DNA of 64,000 nucleotides, taken from positions 1 through 64,000 of the forward strand of contig MCFE01000193.1 of assembly GCA_002104905.1 (NCBI GenBank), read 5' to 3'. This stretch comes from Basidiobolus meristosporus CBS 931.73. Its lineage: Eukaryota > Fungi > Basidiobolomycota. The notes beneath the pieces are model-generated. The model was given only the letters and a program-made list of their open reading frames with translations, was not told where the DNA came from and ran no database searches. Positions 50,103 through 62,500 of this stretch are shown piece by piece. A program made the translations under genes and the position numbers. Within the stretch, counting starts at the first letter, position 1. Each line of letters opens with the position of its first letter.

Positions 50103-53100
50103 TGTAGTGGGGTGATAGTGACACCTACTGACAGATGTGCTCATTCCCCTATTTTTGACTTCCCTTTATCTCTACTACACTTATTTTAGTTTTATCCCAT
50201 TTGTCTTACCTGATCAGTACTATCCCATAAGCTGATTGACTATCACACCTGCTTACCTTATTGCATAAGTTACCCCTCACCTTATGTAAGATTACTAGCT
50301 ATAAGTGCCTCTATATTAGGCAAGTACCCGCGCCAGTACTTATGACACATGATCAACCCGTGTCACCATCCCTACCATTTCCATATCATATCTGGTATCC
50401 CTATGTTACACAGGTTTCAGAATACTGACTCCTGATTGGTTGGATGCGCTGTGACTCTTAGAATCATCTGGCACCTACTTAGAGCATTCTTAGGTCATTT
50501 TGATGCCATTAAGATTTCAATTGATATCCAGAACCTTTTGGAACACCATGATTAGTAATCACTTAGCCAGTAAGAAAAGTATACAAGGGAGGCTATCCCT
50601 CAACAATAAATTATCATCCCTTTTATCAATATTCCAACTTGTTGATCAGTGTGATCACTGCTACCTGCTGCCACCTGTACTTCCAACCCCAGACCACAGG
50701 GCACACCCAGGAAACCGCGCTGACAGCCAACTGACCTTGGAGGCAATACTTGTGAGGAATACTCAGAGTAGGTATCTTTTATTATATTTGATTCCTTCCC
50801 AAGTTTATTCTTGCACAGGCAAAGATACTTCTCTGTCTTTGTAACTATTGACCACAGCTGAATTCTTATCAAGTCCCTACTGGTGGGGTTTACAGGTATT
50901 TTGACATTGGAAGCTTTAGTACATTGTCATCTCAAAGGACAATGAACCCAGCACATACTTTTGTTAAGACGCTAACCAAGTTGGGGATTGTAGCTCAATA
51001 GTTTTCCCTTGACAAGCTTGTGGCTTTATTCTCCATGACAATAGATTAGGGACAGAACCCAAGTACTCCTAGCAAGCTTTTGCCAGAGGTTATTGCACCC
51101 AGTGAACACCCCACAGACAAAACACTTGAGAAGTGCTGGACATATCTCTTCCTTGGAGTTATACACCACCACATATTTGGCACCCAACATGGGGGGTTCA
51201 TACAAGCTCCCTAGGACCCAACAAGATTTACCTGAAGATTTAAGCTGTTATCCACTTATTGCAGCAAGACTACCAATATTATCAAGATTACAACACCAAC
51301 CTACCTGCCCAAAATGAATTCTATGCCATTACCACTCTCACATAGAGCCCCACAGCTTGATGGAAAGAGTGTGGAAAGCTTCATATTCAAATGTGAGAAG
51401 CTCTGCAAGATGTGCAGCCTATCTAAACAAGAAATGGCAGAAGACTTCCCCTACTACTGCACCAATGATATTATTACTAAGCTTCTCAGACAAGGAGACA
51501 TTCTCACTGACTGGGCCTTAATGAAGACATACCTACAGTCCAAGTATGGTAGACCCCAGATATACTATGGAATCAAAGACCTCATACACTTTGGTTAGGA
51601 CTGGACTTTCCAAGCTACCACTTGAAGAGTTCATTCAACAGTATGAAGATATGGCCAAGCCACTCTTAGAGTCCCAGGGTATCACTGAGTTTACCATGAC
51701 ACTTTACCTTGCACAAGGGCTTGCTCAGGACTTTGCAAGGAAAGTTGACTTACATGCAGCCAAGGATGACAAGTCTGGCATTCCTTGCTTTGCAGAGATG
51801 AAATGTGCTCTCCTAGAAGCAAAGCAAACTTCCACCTTTATGAGACTCCTGACATCAAATCTGCCAGACCAGTCAACTAAGGAGTCAAGAAGTGCTGTTG
51901 CTGATAATCAGACCTACACTACCAACAGAATTGACCAACTTGCTGAACAGCTACAAAAGCTAGCCCTCAAGATTAATGGCTCAGCTGAGGTAGCCACTGA
52001 GGGCCAAAGACCTTTGCCCAGGCACTGCATCCGGTGCAACTCTATTCAGCAGGCCAGACAAGAATGCTCAGAGCTTAGTCAGCTACTCAGAGAAGGAGCA
52101 GTACAGTTTGATGCTGATGGAATGCTAGCTGACAAGGAAGGAAGAAGGATTCCCACTAATTTCCTAAGAGGATGAATGACAGCCCTTTTCCAGAAATCTG
52201 ACTCAGCAACAAGAAAGATTACTGTTGATGCCCCTATTGGGTCTCATAAAGTGAATCCAAGCAGCCCTGACAACAGACAATATGAAGATGATGCCTTTGC
52301 TACCAAAAGTCTCCTCCCTGAAGAACCTGCCAAACCCATCCTTAGAAGACCACAAGTTGAAGAATCTGAAGTTGTTATTGACAAAAGACCTAGTATACTG
52401 CCCACCCAAGATCCATTGCCTCACTTTCAGATTACCTCAAAGATAGCAAGCTACTCAAGCCCTCAACTGATTACTGAGAAGCTGCTGAAGCAGAACCTCA
52501 CTTTGTTGGTTGGAGAAATCATGAGTGTATCCCCATCTGTTAGGAAGACCTTTGATGAGCAGCTTAGAACAAGACAACAAGCTGTTGAACATATGGGCAC
52601 CAATATAATTCAGACAAACCATGAAGACTACCAAAAGGATGACAACACTACTGAATATAAGACCTTTACTCAGTTGCAACTGCTGTGGTGAAAGGGTATA
52701 TATATGATGACCCTGTTGACTGCCATATTGGCAGTGGCTCAGAGATTTATGTTCTGCCGCTAGATTCTGAAAGACACTTAGAAGCAAGGAGCTACTGCCT
52801 GTTGATAGAGATATTGGATGGAACATGACTGATGCAAACTCAGGATCTAGTCCACTCTATGGTGTAGAGAACAAGTTCCCTATTGAGGTACAAGGAATCA
52901 AGGTCTAGCTTCCCCTGTTCATCTGCCAGAAGTCAAACTTTGACCTTCTGCTAGGTAGACCATGGGAAACCAGTACCAAGGCTACAACTACCAACTATTC
53001 TGACAGTTCAGTATGGTACACCATACAAGAATCCAACCCAGAACTACAGTCAACCTTCTGTGGTGTAACACCCAACATTAAGAGGACACATACTGCTTGC

Positions 53101-56100
53101 CCAAAGACACATCTTGTTATAGAAGAAGATGAAGTGCCTGACAATATACACCTCAACATTTGGAGCTGCTCATTAGGTATACAGGAGCAGACAGTTATGG
53201 TTTGAACAAAATACTAGTCAGTAGAACAGAAGATTAGACCATCACTTACCCCTTTGACTGATGGATCTTGACCTGCTGATTACATTAGACCACCAGAAGA
53301 TATACAACTTACACCTGAGAGACTTAAGCAACTTATCATTGGTGATGGAGACCTAACACCTGAGGAGATACTATTATTTAAAGAGACCTTGAAAAGGCAT
53401 GATAAGGTCTTCTCATATAATGACAAGGAGATGGGACTTTTAAAGACATTGGTTGAAAAACCTATCAAGATTCATACAGTGCCCCACACACCCTGGTCAT
53501 ATAAGCCTTACCCACTGCCCAGAGGACTCCAAGCTGATGTGCATGACCTAATTAAGAAGCAGATAGAAGCTGGAATCCTAGATCCTTGCTATGGACCTTA
53601 TGGTAACAGATGGTTTGTGACCAAAAAGAAGAATGGAAAGCTCCAATTCATTCAAGATATGCAACCTGCAAATGCTGTCACTATCAGAGATGCTGCTATA
53701 CCACCATCTATTGATGACTTTGCAGAAAGCTTTAGTGGCCACTCCATATATTCAACACACAATCTCTACTCAGGATATGACCAGATCCCCCTTGATGAGA
53801 CATCAAGAGATATGTTTGCACTCCAGACACCATTTGGACTGTTAAGGATGACAAGACTCAGCCAAGGGGCTACAAACTCCATGGCTCAGTTCTAGAGATG
53901 CATGGCAAATGTGCTGTACCAGCTTATACCTGAGAAACCTGCTGTTTTTGTTGATGACATAGGCATCAAAGGACCAAAAACCCGGGACACCAGTGAAGTT
54001 ATGCCTGGAGTAAGAAAGTTTGTCTATGATCATATTTCAGACAATGATGCCATATTAGGAGCCATTGAAGAAGCTGGACTCACCATCAGTGGTGAGAAAA
54101 GCAGCTTTGGTGTATCAGAGATATCCATTGTTGGACAAAATTGCAACACCTTTGGTTGTTGACCTGGAGACTCCAAGACACAAAAGATACGCAACTGGCC
54201 TACCCCAACAAATCTCACACAAGCTTGTGGCTTTGTGGCAGCTTGTGGGTTCTTTAGCATCTGGATCCCAAGATTTTCTGAGATAGCAGAACCAATCTAC
54301 CGGCTACAGAGAAAGAATACCCCATTTATCTGGGGAGAAGAGCAAGAAGAAGCCATGCAATTACTGAAAGAGGCTTTAGTATCTCCACCAGTACTAAGAC
54401 CTCTTGACTATCAGAACACTAAATGCCCTCCTATTTGACAGTGGATGCAAGCCCTATAGGAGCTGGAGCACTACTTGGACAAGATGATGAGGATGGCAAC
54501 CGCTATGCCTGCAGATATGAGAGCTGCCTATTCTCACTTAGAGAGTAAAGATACCCACAGATTAAGAGAGAGCTACTAGGAGTTGTGAAGATGCTGAGGA
54601 AGCTGAAGTCACAACTCTACATCACACATTTCCTTCCGGAGACAGATGCCAAGCCACTTTTAGGAATGATTAACAAGCCTGACCTACCTGATGATGCCAC
54701 AAGCCAATGGATGGCATGGCTGAAAATGCTTGACTTTGAGATCAGATATATCCCTGGCAAGACAAATGTTGTGGCTGATGCACTCTCTGGGAAGGGACCA
54801 CAATGGTTTGAAGACTGGGACCCTCACTTTGATGACATTATTGATGCAGAGATCCAACAGATTGCCATCAAAGACAAAGAGATAATTACCTGGAGTCTGA
54901 TCAAGAAATATCTAAGGACACTTAAGAAACCTAGTTGGATGGAAATTCAAGAGTTTAGAAAACTCAGGAAGAAGGCACACCACTACTATCTCAAAGATGA
55001 TCTTCTCTTCAAGCAAGTGAAGCCTGGACTTATGCCAAGAAGAGTAGTCACTACCCCACAAGAGAAACTGAACATCATGACAAGTATCCACAATGGAGAA
55101 CCAGGAGGACATAGAGGACAAGAAGCCACCTACAATACCACAGCTCAGAGGTACTACTGGGAAAACACGTACTATGATATCCAACACTTTGTTGAGTCAT
55201 GTGTAGCCTGCCAGAAGAGATCCTCCAGGAGTTATGAAGAACCACTGCATCCTACTTACACAATCTGTCTATGGCAAAAGGTTGGTTTTGACCTTGTCCA
55301 CATGCCAACTGCTAGATCAAAAAAGTACCTGATTGTTTCAAGAGATGACCTTAGTGGATGGGCAGAGGCTTGAGCCTTGCCCAACAACAAGAGCCATACC
55401 ATATGGAGATTAATACTTGAAGACATCATTGGCAGATTTGGCTGCATCCAACAGTTTGTTGCTGACCAAGGAGAGATCACATCCCAAATGATCCAGGAGT
55501 TGTGCTCAAAGTACAAGATACACATTGCTTTTACAATGGCTTACCACCCTTAAGCCCATGGAATGATAGAGAGAGGACATGGACCATTGGTGAACTCTCT
55601 TGTCAAGACCTCTGAGAATAACACAACATTGTAGCCACAGCAATTGCATCTTGCACTCTGGGCAGATAAAATTACTACCAAGAGAACAACTGGATTATTG
55701 CCATTCAAACTACTCTATGCACATGACTGCATACTACCGTTGAGTTAAACACAGTCACTTGGAACTCATTGAATTGGAGATCCAATATGCAGACTGAAGA
55801 CCTCCTTGTAACTTGCATACAGCAACTTGATCACCATGACTTGAATATCAGCAGAGTTGCTGAACAACTTAAGGATACACAACTGAAGAACAAGGTGCCC
55901 TTTGACAAATCACACCCAACAAGACCAAAACCACTATCACTAAGAGACCCAGTATTACTATATGATTCCACCTTGGACAAACAATGGAGTTGGAAGTTTG
56001 ACAACAAATGGACTGGCCCCTACCTCATTTCCAAAGTGATTGGAAATGGAAGTTATTACATATCCAAGCTTGACAACACCCAGTTGAGAGCACCAGTTGC

Positions 56101-57261
56101 AGGAAACCAACTTTAGTTATTCAAGCATAGGAATTTTGCACATCAAGATTAGTTTGCGTTGACCCAAGCTTGAAGCTGGGAGGGGGGTGGATGTAGTGGG
56201 GTGACAGTGACACCCACTGACAGATGTGCTCATTCCCCTATTTTCTACTTCCCTTTATCTCTACTACACTTATTTTAGTTTTATCCCATTTGACTTACCT
56301 GATCAGTACTATCCCATAAGCTGGTTGACTATCACACCTGCTCACCTTATTGCATGAGTTACCCCTCACCTTATGTAAGATTACTAGCTATAAGGGCCTC
56401 TATATTAGGCAAGTACCTGCGCCAGTACTTATGACACATGATCAACCCATGCAACCATCCCTACCATTTCCATATCATATCTGGTATCGCTATGTTACAC
56501 AGGTTTCAGAATAGTGGCTCCTGATTGGTTGGATGCGCTGTGACTCTTAGAACCTTCCAGCACCTATTTAGAGCATTCTTGGTCATTCTGATGTCATTAC
56601 AATTTCAATTGATATCCAGAACCTGCTGGAACACCATGATTAATAATCACTTAGCCAGTAAGAAAAGTACTTAAGGGAGGCTATCCCTCAACAATAAATT
56701 ATCATCCCTTTTATCAATATTCCAACTTGTTGATCAGTGTGATCACTGCTACCTGCTGCCACCTGTACTTCCAACCCCAGACCACAGGGCACACCCAGGA
56801 AACTGCGCTGACAGCCAACTGACCTTGCAGGCGCTACTTGTGAGGAATACTCAGAGTAGGTATCTTTTATTATATTTAATTCTTTCCCAAGTTTGTTCTT
56901 GCACAGGCAAAGATACTTTTCTGACTTTGTAACTATTGACCACAGCTGAATTCTTATCAAGTCCCTACTGGCAGAGTTTACAGTTATTTGGACATTGGAA
57001 GCTTTAGTACATTGTCATCTCAAAGGACAATGAACCCAGCACATACTTTTGTTAAGACGCTAACCAAGTTGGGGATTGTAGCTCAATAGTTTTCCCTTGA
57101 CAAGCTTGTGGCTTTATTCTCCATGACAATAGATTAGGAACAGAACCCAAGTACTCCTAGCAAGCTTTTGCCAGAGGTTATTGCACCTAGTGAGCACCCC
57201 ACACACAAAACACTTGAGAAGTGTTGGGCATATCTCTTCCCTGGACTTATACACCACTACA
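50103..57261 (+). mobile_element. Full-length degenerate Gypsy (family B), tRNA-Lys-type PBS
   Basis: LTRs 50103-51173 and 56192-57261, 4-bp TSD ACAG, PBS TGGCACCCAACATGGGG at 51178-51194, PPT GGGAGGGGGGTGGA at 56178-56191. gag with Cys/DUF4100-like region, RT (FVDD), RNase H, integrase (HRGQEATY, WTGPY). Confidence 0.93.
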
Positions 57262-57347
57262 ACAGTGTAGATAATGTCAGCCACAATTTTGTTGGCAGAT
57301 TTGACAATATCAGATAAAGCTTGCTTACTTAAGTTCTCTTGGGACAT
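57262..57347 (-). pseudogene. 5-prime part of the orphan ORF (MSQENLSKQALSDIVKSANKIVADIIYTV)
   Basis: Reads in frame into 50098 once the insertion is removed. Confidence 0.55.
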
Positions 57348-57399
57348 GGGGAATTAGTGTTATGAATCTTAAAGAGATATCATCTAGCAGTAGTCCAGT

Positions 57400-58900
57400 C
57401 TGGCAGGTAGCAGCTCATAGGCCTTGTTGTTCTTCTGGATCTGAGTAGCTTGGGTTCTGCAGACAATTGATGGATTACAACCAAATAACCTGGTTTTCTC
57501 AAGTATATGGTCAAACTTGCAATTCCCAGATGTATAGGCCTACAGGTCTTCTTCATAGTCATTGATCTTTCATCTTACTGGCTGAGTGATAAAGGAAATA
57601 ATGCAAAAGTTTCCATCAGCAGCTGAGACTGAAGTTGAATTAGCGGGTTCAGAGTTGATCCCAGCTTTTGGGGTAAATTGCTCTTACATGTACACAGGTG
57701 ATAGTCCAGAGTCAATTATCCCTATGAAAAGTCTCAAACTTGGAGTTCATCTAATTTTTAGCTGGTATTCTGATGGTATTTTGCTGGTATTCAGCTGCCA
57801 TATTGGGTTCAAAATTTCAAATGCAGTTTTTCATGGAAATAATGAGCAGCTAATTACTAAATTTGGTATGGATGCTAGTTTGCCTAGTCTCCTCCTGGAC
57901 AACTTGTTTACCTACCTGCCCATCAGCTCAGAAAAGAGATTTTGAGAGTTGTCAATTTTGAGAAACTTGGAATTCAGCTGATACTGTGATGGTACTTTGC
58001 TGGCCTTTTGCCAATTTTTTTTCTTAGGGTATAATCTTGGCAGGTACTCTGTTAATTGTTCCATTGAAGTCTAATAGCTTCCCTGAGTCTGAGGTAATTT
58101 GGAACAAGTATACTTCAGTCATAAGGAAAGCAAGTTGTGAGTCTTCTTCAAGGTCATCTTCCATGTTTCTATGCTTAAGGGCTTCAATGTGGCTGAAGGT
58201 TCTTGATGAGTGGGAACCATTTCTTCTTAGCAGGCAATACTCTGCAATATGTCATTGCTGGTGGCAGTTGAAGCAAAGTCCTTTCTTTGTACATTCTTTT
58301 GAGGTGGGATTCTTCTGCACAGTGTCTATTCTCATGGGCACTGCTTCTGATGATCTCCTTTGATAGAGTTGTACACTCTCTGATTAGTCATTGTGGGCTT
58401 CTCAACTCTAAAAAAAGCTGAGTCATAGTCAATGACAATGTTCATGGCTTCTTCAATAGTCTGAAGTCTCTGACATTTCACTTCCTTGCAAGTTCTATCT
58501 TTCAACCAATCAATAAAGTATTCAGCTTGCACCAGGAGGTCCATTCCTTCAATTTATCCAAGTAGACATCTATACAAATAGATGTACTCTTGAACCATTC
58601 CATATGGACTGAGTGTCTTTGGCTTCATTCTTAGTAGTGTCTGCTGGTGGGGTGGTTCAAAGGCATCTTGAATTTCCAAAACAAACTCATCCCAAGTAGA
58701 AAAAGTAGAGTATCTTATTTTGTGGCTGACCTGATCTTGTTGTGATACCATTATAAAGCTGCATTGGCCAGGTAAGTGGCTGTGTAAAAGAACATGCTCT
58801 CTGGGGAGTTCCTTTAGCCTTAAAAGCTTCTTCAATCTAAAAGAGCCAAGCTCCCAGACTATCATTGAATCTACCAGATACCGGTTGTCCTTCACACTAA
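57400..58900 (-). mobile_element. Degenerate Gypsy gag-protease relic
   Basis: TWDEFVLEIQDAFEP gag, CFNCHQQ.H knuckle, protease KIIIDSG (after MITE removal), VSAADG. Confidence 0.8.
57719..58029 (-). mobile_element. MITE family M, complete copy (311 bp) in Gypsy protease
   Basis: Ends TCCCTATGAAAA / TTTTCTTAGGG with TA TSD; removal restores K-I-I-I-D-S in frame. Confidence 0.85.
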
Positions 58901-59541
58901 AGTTGCTCTTGGTTTTGGGATTTATAAGAGTTATAATCAGATTTTTGATCTAAACTTTCATGAGGTTCAGACTCAAACTTTTAATTTTAATTGTTAGAGT
59001 TATTTGATTCTAACTTTTGGCTTGGAATATCATATGACTCTCTGTATCCAGTGCTGTACAGGTTCTCTATGCTTTCAGCTGACATATGAGCAGGTTAGTA
59101 AGAAGGAGTCAATAGCATTTTATTTAAACTATATATAGAATATCCATGATAACAGTGGGTAAGCAAATAAATTTGCTTGATGCTATGATGGAATATATAA
59201 ACAGTACAAAGTGAGGTAGGAATGAAATACCTTGGGATAGGTTGTTCAAGTAGCACTATACAGAATCAGTGGTAGACCCTTGTGCTGCCATGAAAACACC
59301 AACAAAAGTATGTTGCAGTGGTGTAGTAGTATTCTGAGGAGATGTTACAAGTGCCAAGGTACAAGAGGTGGTTGACTGATACAATAATCTCTGGATGTAA
59401 GCTGCTGCTGTGTCTATTAGTATGTCACCTTGATAAGACTACTGCTGTTCTCCTTTCCAAGGAGCTCTAAGTGTCACTCAAGGCCTCTATGTGTCTTGTG
59501 CATTACCTTGAAAAGCTCTTCAATAGCAATTGGGAAGTATT

Positions 59542-62500
59542 TGTTGCAATTTAAGAAGTGATTTGGATATAAGGAACTTATCAAGAAATAGTGATAATAG
59601 TTGAACTGTTGTTTATTCATAAAGAAACTCAGTATTTATACCTTGGTAGAAGTAATACAGCTGCAACACTAAGTAGGGAGGGTTTCTCAATATTCAGGAG
59701 CATTCTGTGACAGTTTCAGGGTTAGTACATAATGTTTGGTAATAGTGCTAATTTGATCCTGACTATAGGGGATTAATCATAAGATCATATATCTGGAGAA
59801 AGTGGCAAAGTTAAGGCAGTAAATGAGTCCTACAGTGACTAAGACTGACCTAGAATTGTTAAGTAAATATCTAGCTGCTGAATGATACCAAATAGTCCAA
59901 TATTTCAGCACTCCCCCTCAACTAAATAATATCTTAATCCCAATTTCTCTCTAAGGATCTCAAACTGTGGCCTAGCTAGTGGTTTTGTCAATATGTCTGC
60001 CACCATTTTGTCAGTTGGGCAGTAAACCAGCTCCACTAAGTTATTTTCTACAGCTTCCCTCACAAAGTGATGCTGTATATCAATGTGCTTAGTTCTGGCA
60101 TGATTAGTAGGATCTCTAGCTAATGAAATACAACTTTGATTATCCTTGTAAATACATGTTGGTTCACCTGAATTAAAACCTAAGTCTTTGAATAATATTT
60201 GTAGCCATATAGCCTCCTTAGTTGCTTGACATGCAGCCATATATTCGGCTTCAGTTGTAGATAGTGCCACAGATGGTTGTTTCTTGCAATTCCAAGTAAT
60301 AGCTGCACCAGCATAAAGAAATACATAGCCTGTGGTAGAGTGTCTGTCAATTAGATTGCTACCCCAATCTGAATCACTATAACCATCAAATTTTTACCTA
60401 TTAGCTGCTCCAGAGTATTCCAGTACCATACTTATGGTACCTTGTAGATATCTGAAAATCTGCTTAACTGCTGTAATTTGATCTGATCCATAATTCTGCA
60501 TGAATTGACTGACTATTCCAACTGCTACTACAATATCTGGACGTGTAGACACCATCAAGTACATTAGGCTGCCGACCATTGATTGATAGGGAAAGTTCTG
60601 GTCCATATTTGAGCCATTTTCATCTATAACTGGCTGAGATTTGCTTAATCTCAGGTTATTGTCCATAGGGGTTGCTGCAGGCTTGCACTTTTCCATTTTG
60701 AAGCGTCTAAGAATGTCCCTGATGTACTTAGACTGATTCAGCACAATTTTCTGCGTAGGTATGTCAAATTTGACCTCAATTCCAAGAAAATAGCTCAATT
60801 TTCCAAGATCTTTCATCTCAATCTTGCTGAAGAGATCTGATTTCGTCTGTATAAGTGCCTCTTGATCACTTGTAGCTATAATTAGATTGTCCACATAAAG
60901 AACTAGGATGATCACACCCTTTTTGAGCTGTTTCACATATATACTGTGATCTGCAGTGCTATGAGAGAACCCAACTTCCTCTAGATATGTGTCAATCTTG
61001 TTATATCATGCTCTGGGTGCCTGCTTAAGCCCATACAACAATTTTCTAAGTTTGCACACCTTATGTGGGCTTTTTGGATCGGTAAAACCTTCTGGTTGCT
61101 TCATATATATAGTTTCTTGCAAATCCCCATTTAGAATGGCTGTTTTGACGTCCATTTGGTGTAGATCTAGACTGTGTACAGCTGCCAGGGCTAGAACTGT
61201 CCTAATAGAGTCAAACTTGGCAACCGGAGCAAGTGTTTCCTTAAAGTCTAGTCCTTGGATCTGGGAATAGCCTTTAGCTACCAATCTAGCCTTGTACTTA
61301 TCAACGGCACCATTTGAGGTTATCTTGATCTTGTAGACCCATCTACATCCCATTGGCTTTCTCCCATTTGGTAAATCTACCAGTTCCCACGTTTTTGCCT
61401 TGATCAGTGATTGGTACTCCTCCTGCATGGCTTGTTGCCACTTAGTAGCATCTGGACCTTGCATTGCCTGTTCCAGATTCTGAGGTTTGGCACATAAGGC
61501 AAGATAAGCTTCTTAATGATCATTGGATGTCTGCCACCAGGATCCAGGGGCATTTCTTATTCTGGTAGATCTCCTAACTGGGATAATCTGTTCCAATCTG
61601 GAACTGGTAGAAGTATCTTCCATCTCTGGCTGGATTTGGTACGTATCTTCTTCATTTGTGTTGATTGCATCATCGGGCAGCTGGCCAATGATTTCTGTGG
61701 CTTTCTGATCTGAATTCTCCTCAAATACAACGTCCCTGCTCTTGATCAGCTTCTGAATTTTGCCATCATACACTCTATACCCTTTAGTATCATCACAATA
61801 CCCAAGAAAGATCCCTTTTCTACTCTTTGGTTCCAACTTTGAGCGTTTTTTGTCAGGGATGTGATAAAAAACATCACTGCCAAAGATCCTGAGGTGCTGG
61901 AGATCTGGTTTTTTGTCAAGGATGTGATAAAAAACATCACTGCCAAAGATCCTGAGGTGCTGGAGATCTGGTTTTTTGCTTGTGTATGCTTCAAAGGGTG
62001 TAAAATCATGTAGTGCTGTTGTTGGGCATCTGTTCTTGATGTGTACAGCGGTAGCAACAGATTCAGCCCAAAACTTGTAGTCCATTCCCTTATCATGTAG
62101 CATAGATCTTCCCATCTCTACAATTGTCCTATTTGCACGTTCTGCTACTCCATTTTGCTGTGGAGTATGAGGAACTGTGGTCTGTTGAAGTATACCAGTA
62201 GACAAGCAGTATTTTGCAAACTCCTTTGAGCAGTATTCTCCTCCATTGTCACTTTGTAGTACCTTCAATTTACACCCAGTGTGTGTTTCTGCCATGTTCT
62301 TGAAGTGCTTAAACGTCTCTAAAGCTTCATCCTTTGTTTTGAGGAAGTACACCCATGTATATCTTGTCTTGTCATCAATAAACGTCATAAAGTATCTCTT
62401 GGCTCCAAAGGACAGTGTTCTCATGGGGCCACATATGTCTGGGTGTACAATAGCCAATATTTTGGTGGTATTGATGCCTTCTGAGCTCTTGAAATGTTGC

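Noticed and set aside
47383-58900. Treating the 47.4-49.6 kb and 57.4-58.9 kb Gypsy relics as one element carrying the orphan ORF
   Set aside because: Both sides seem to include a protease C-terminal region and no shared LTR pair or TSD was found, so single-element status is unsupported.
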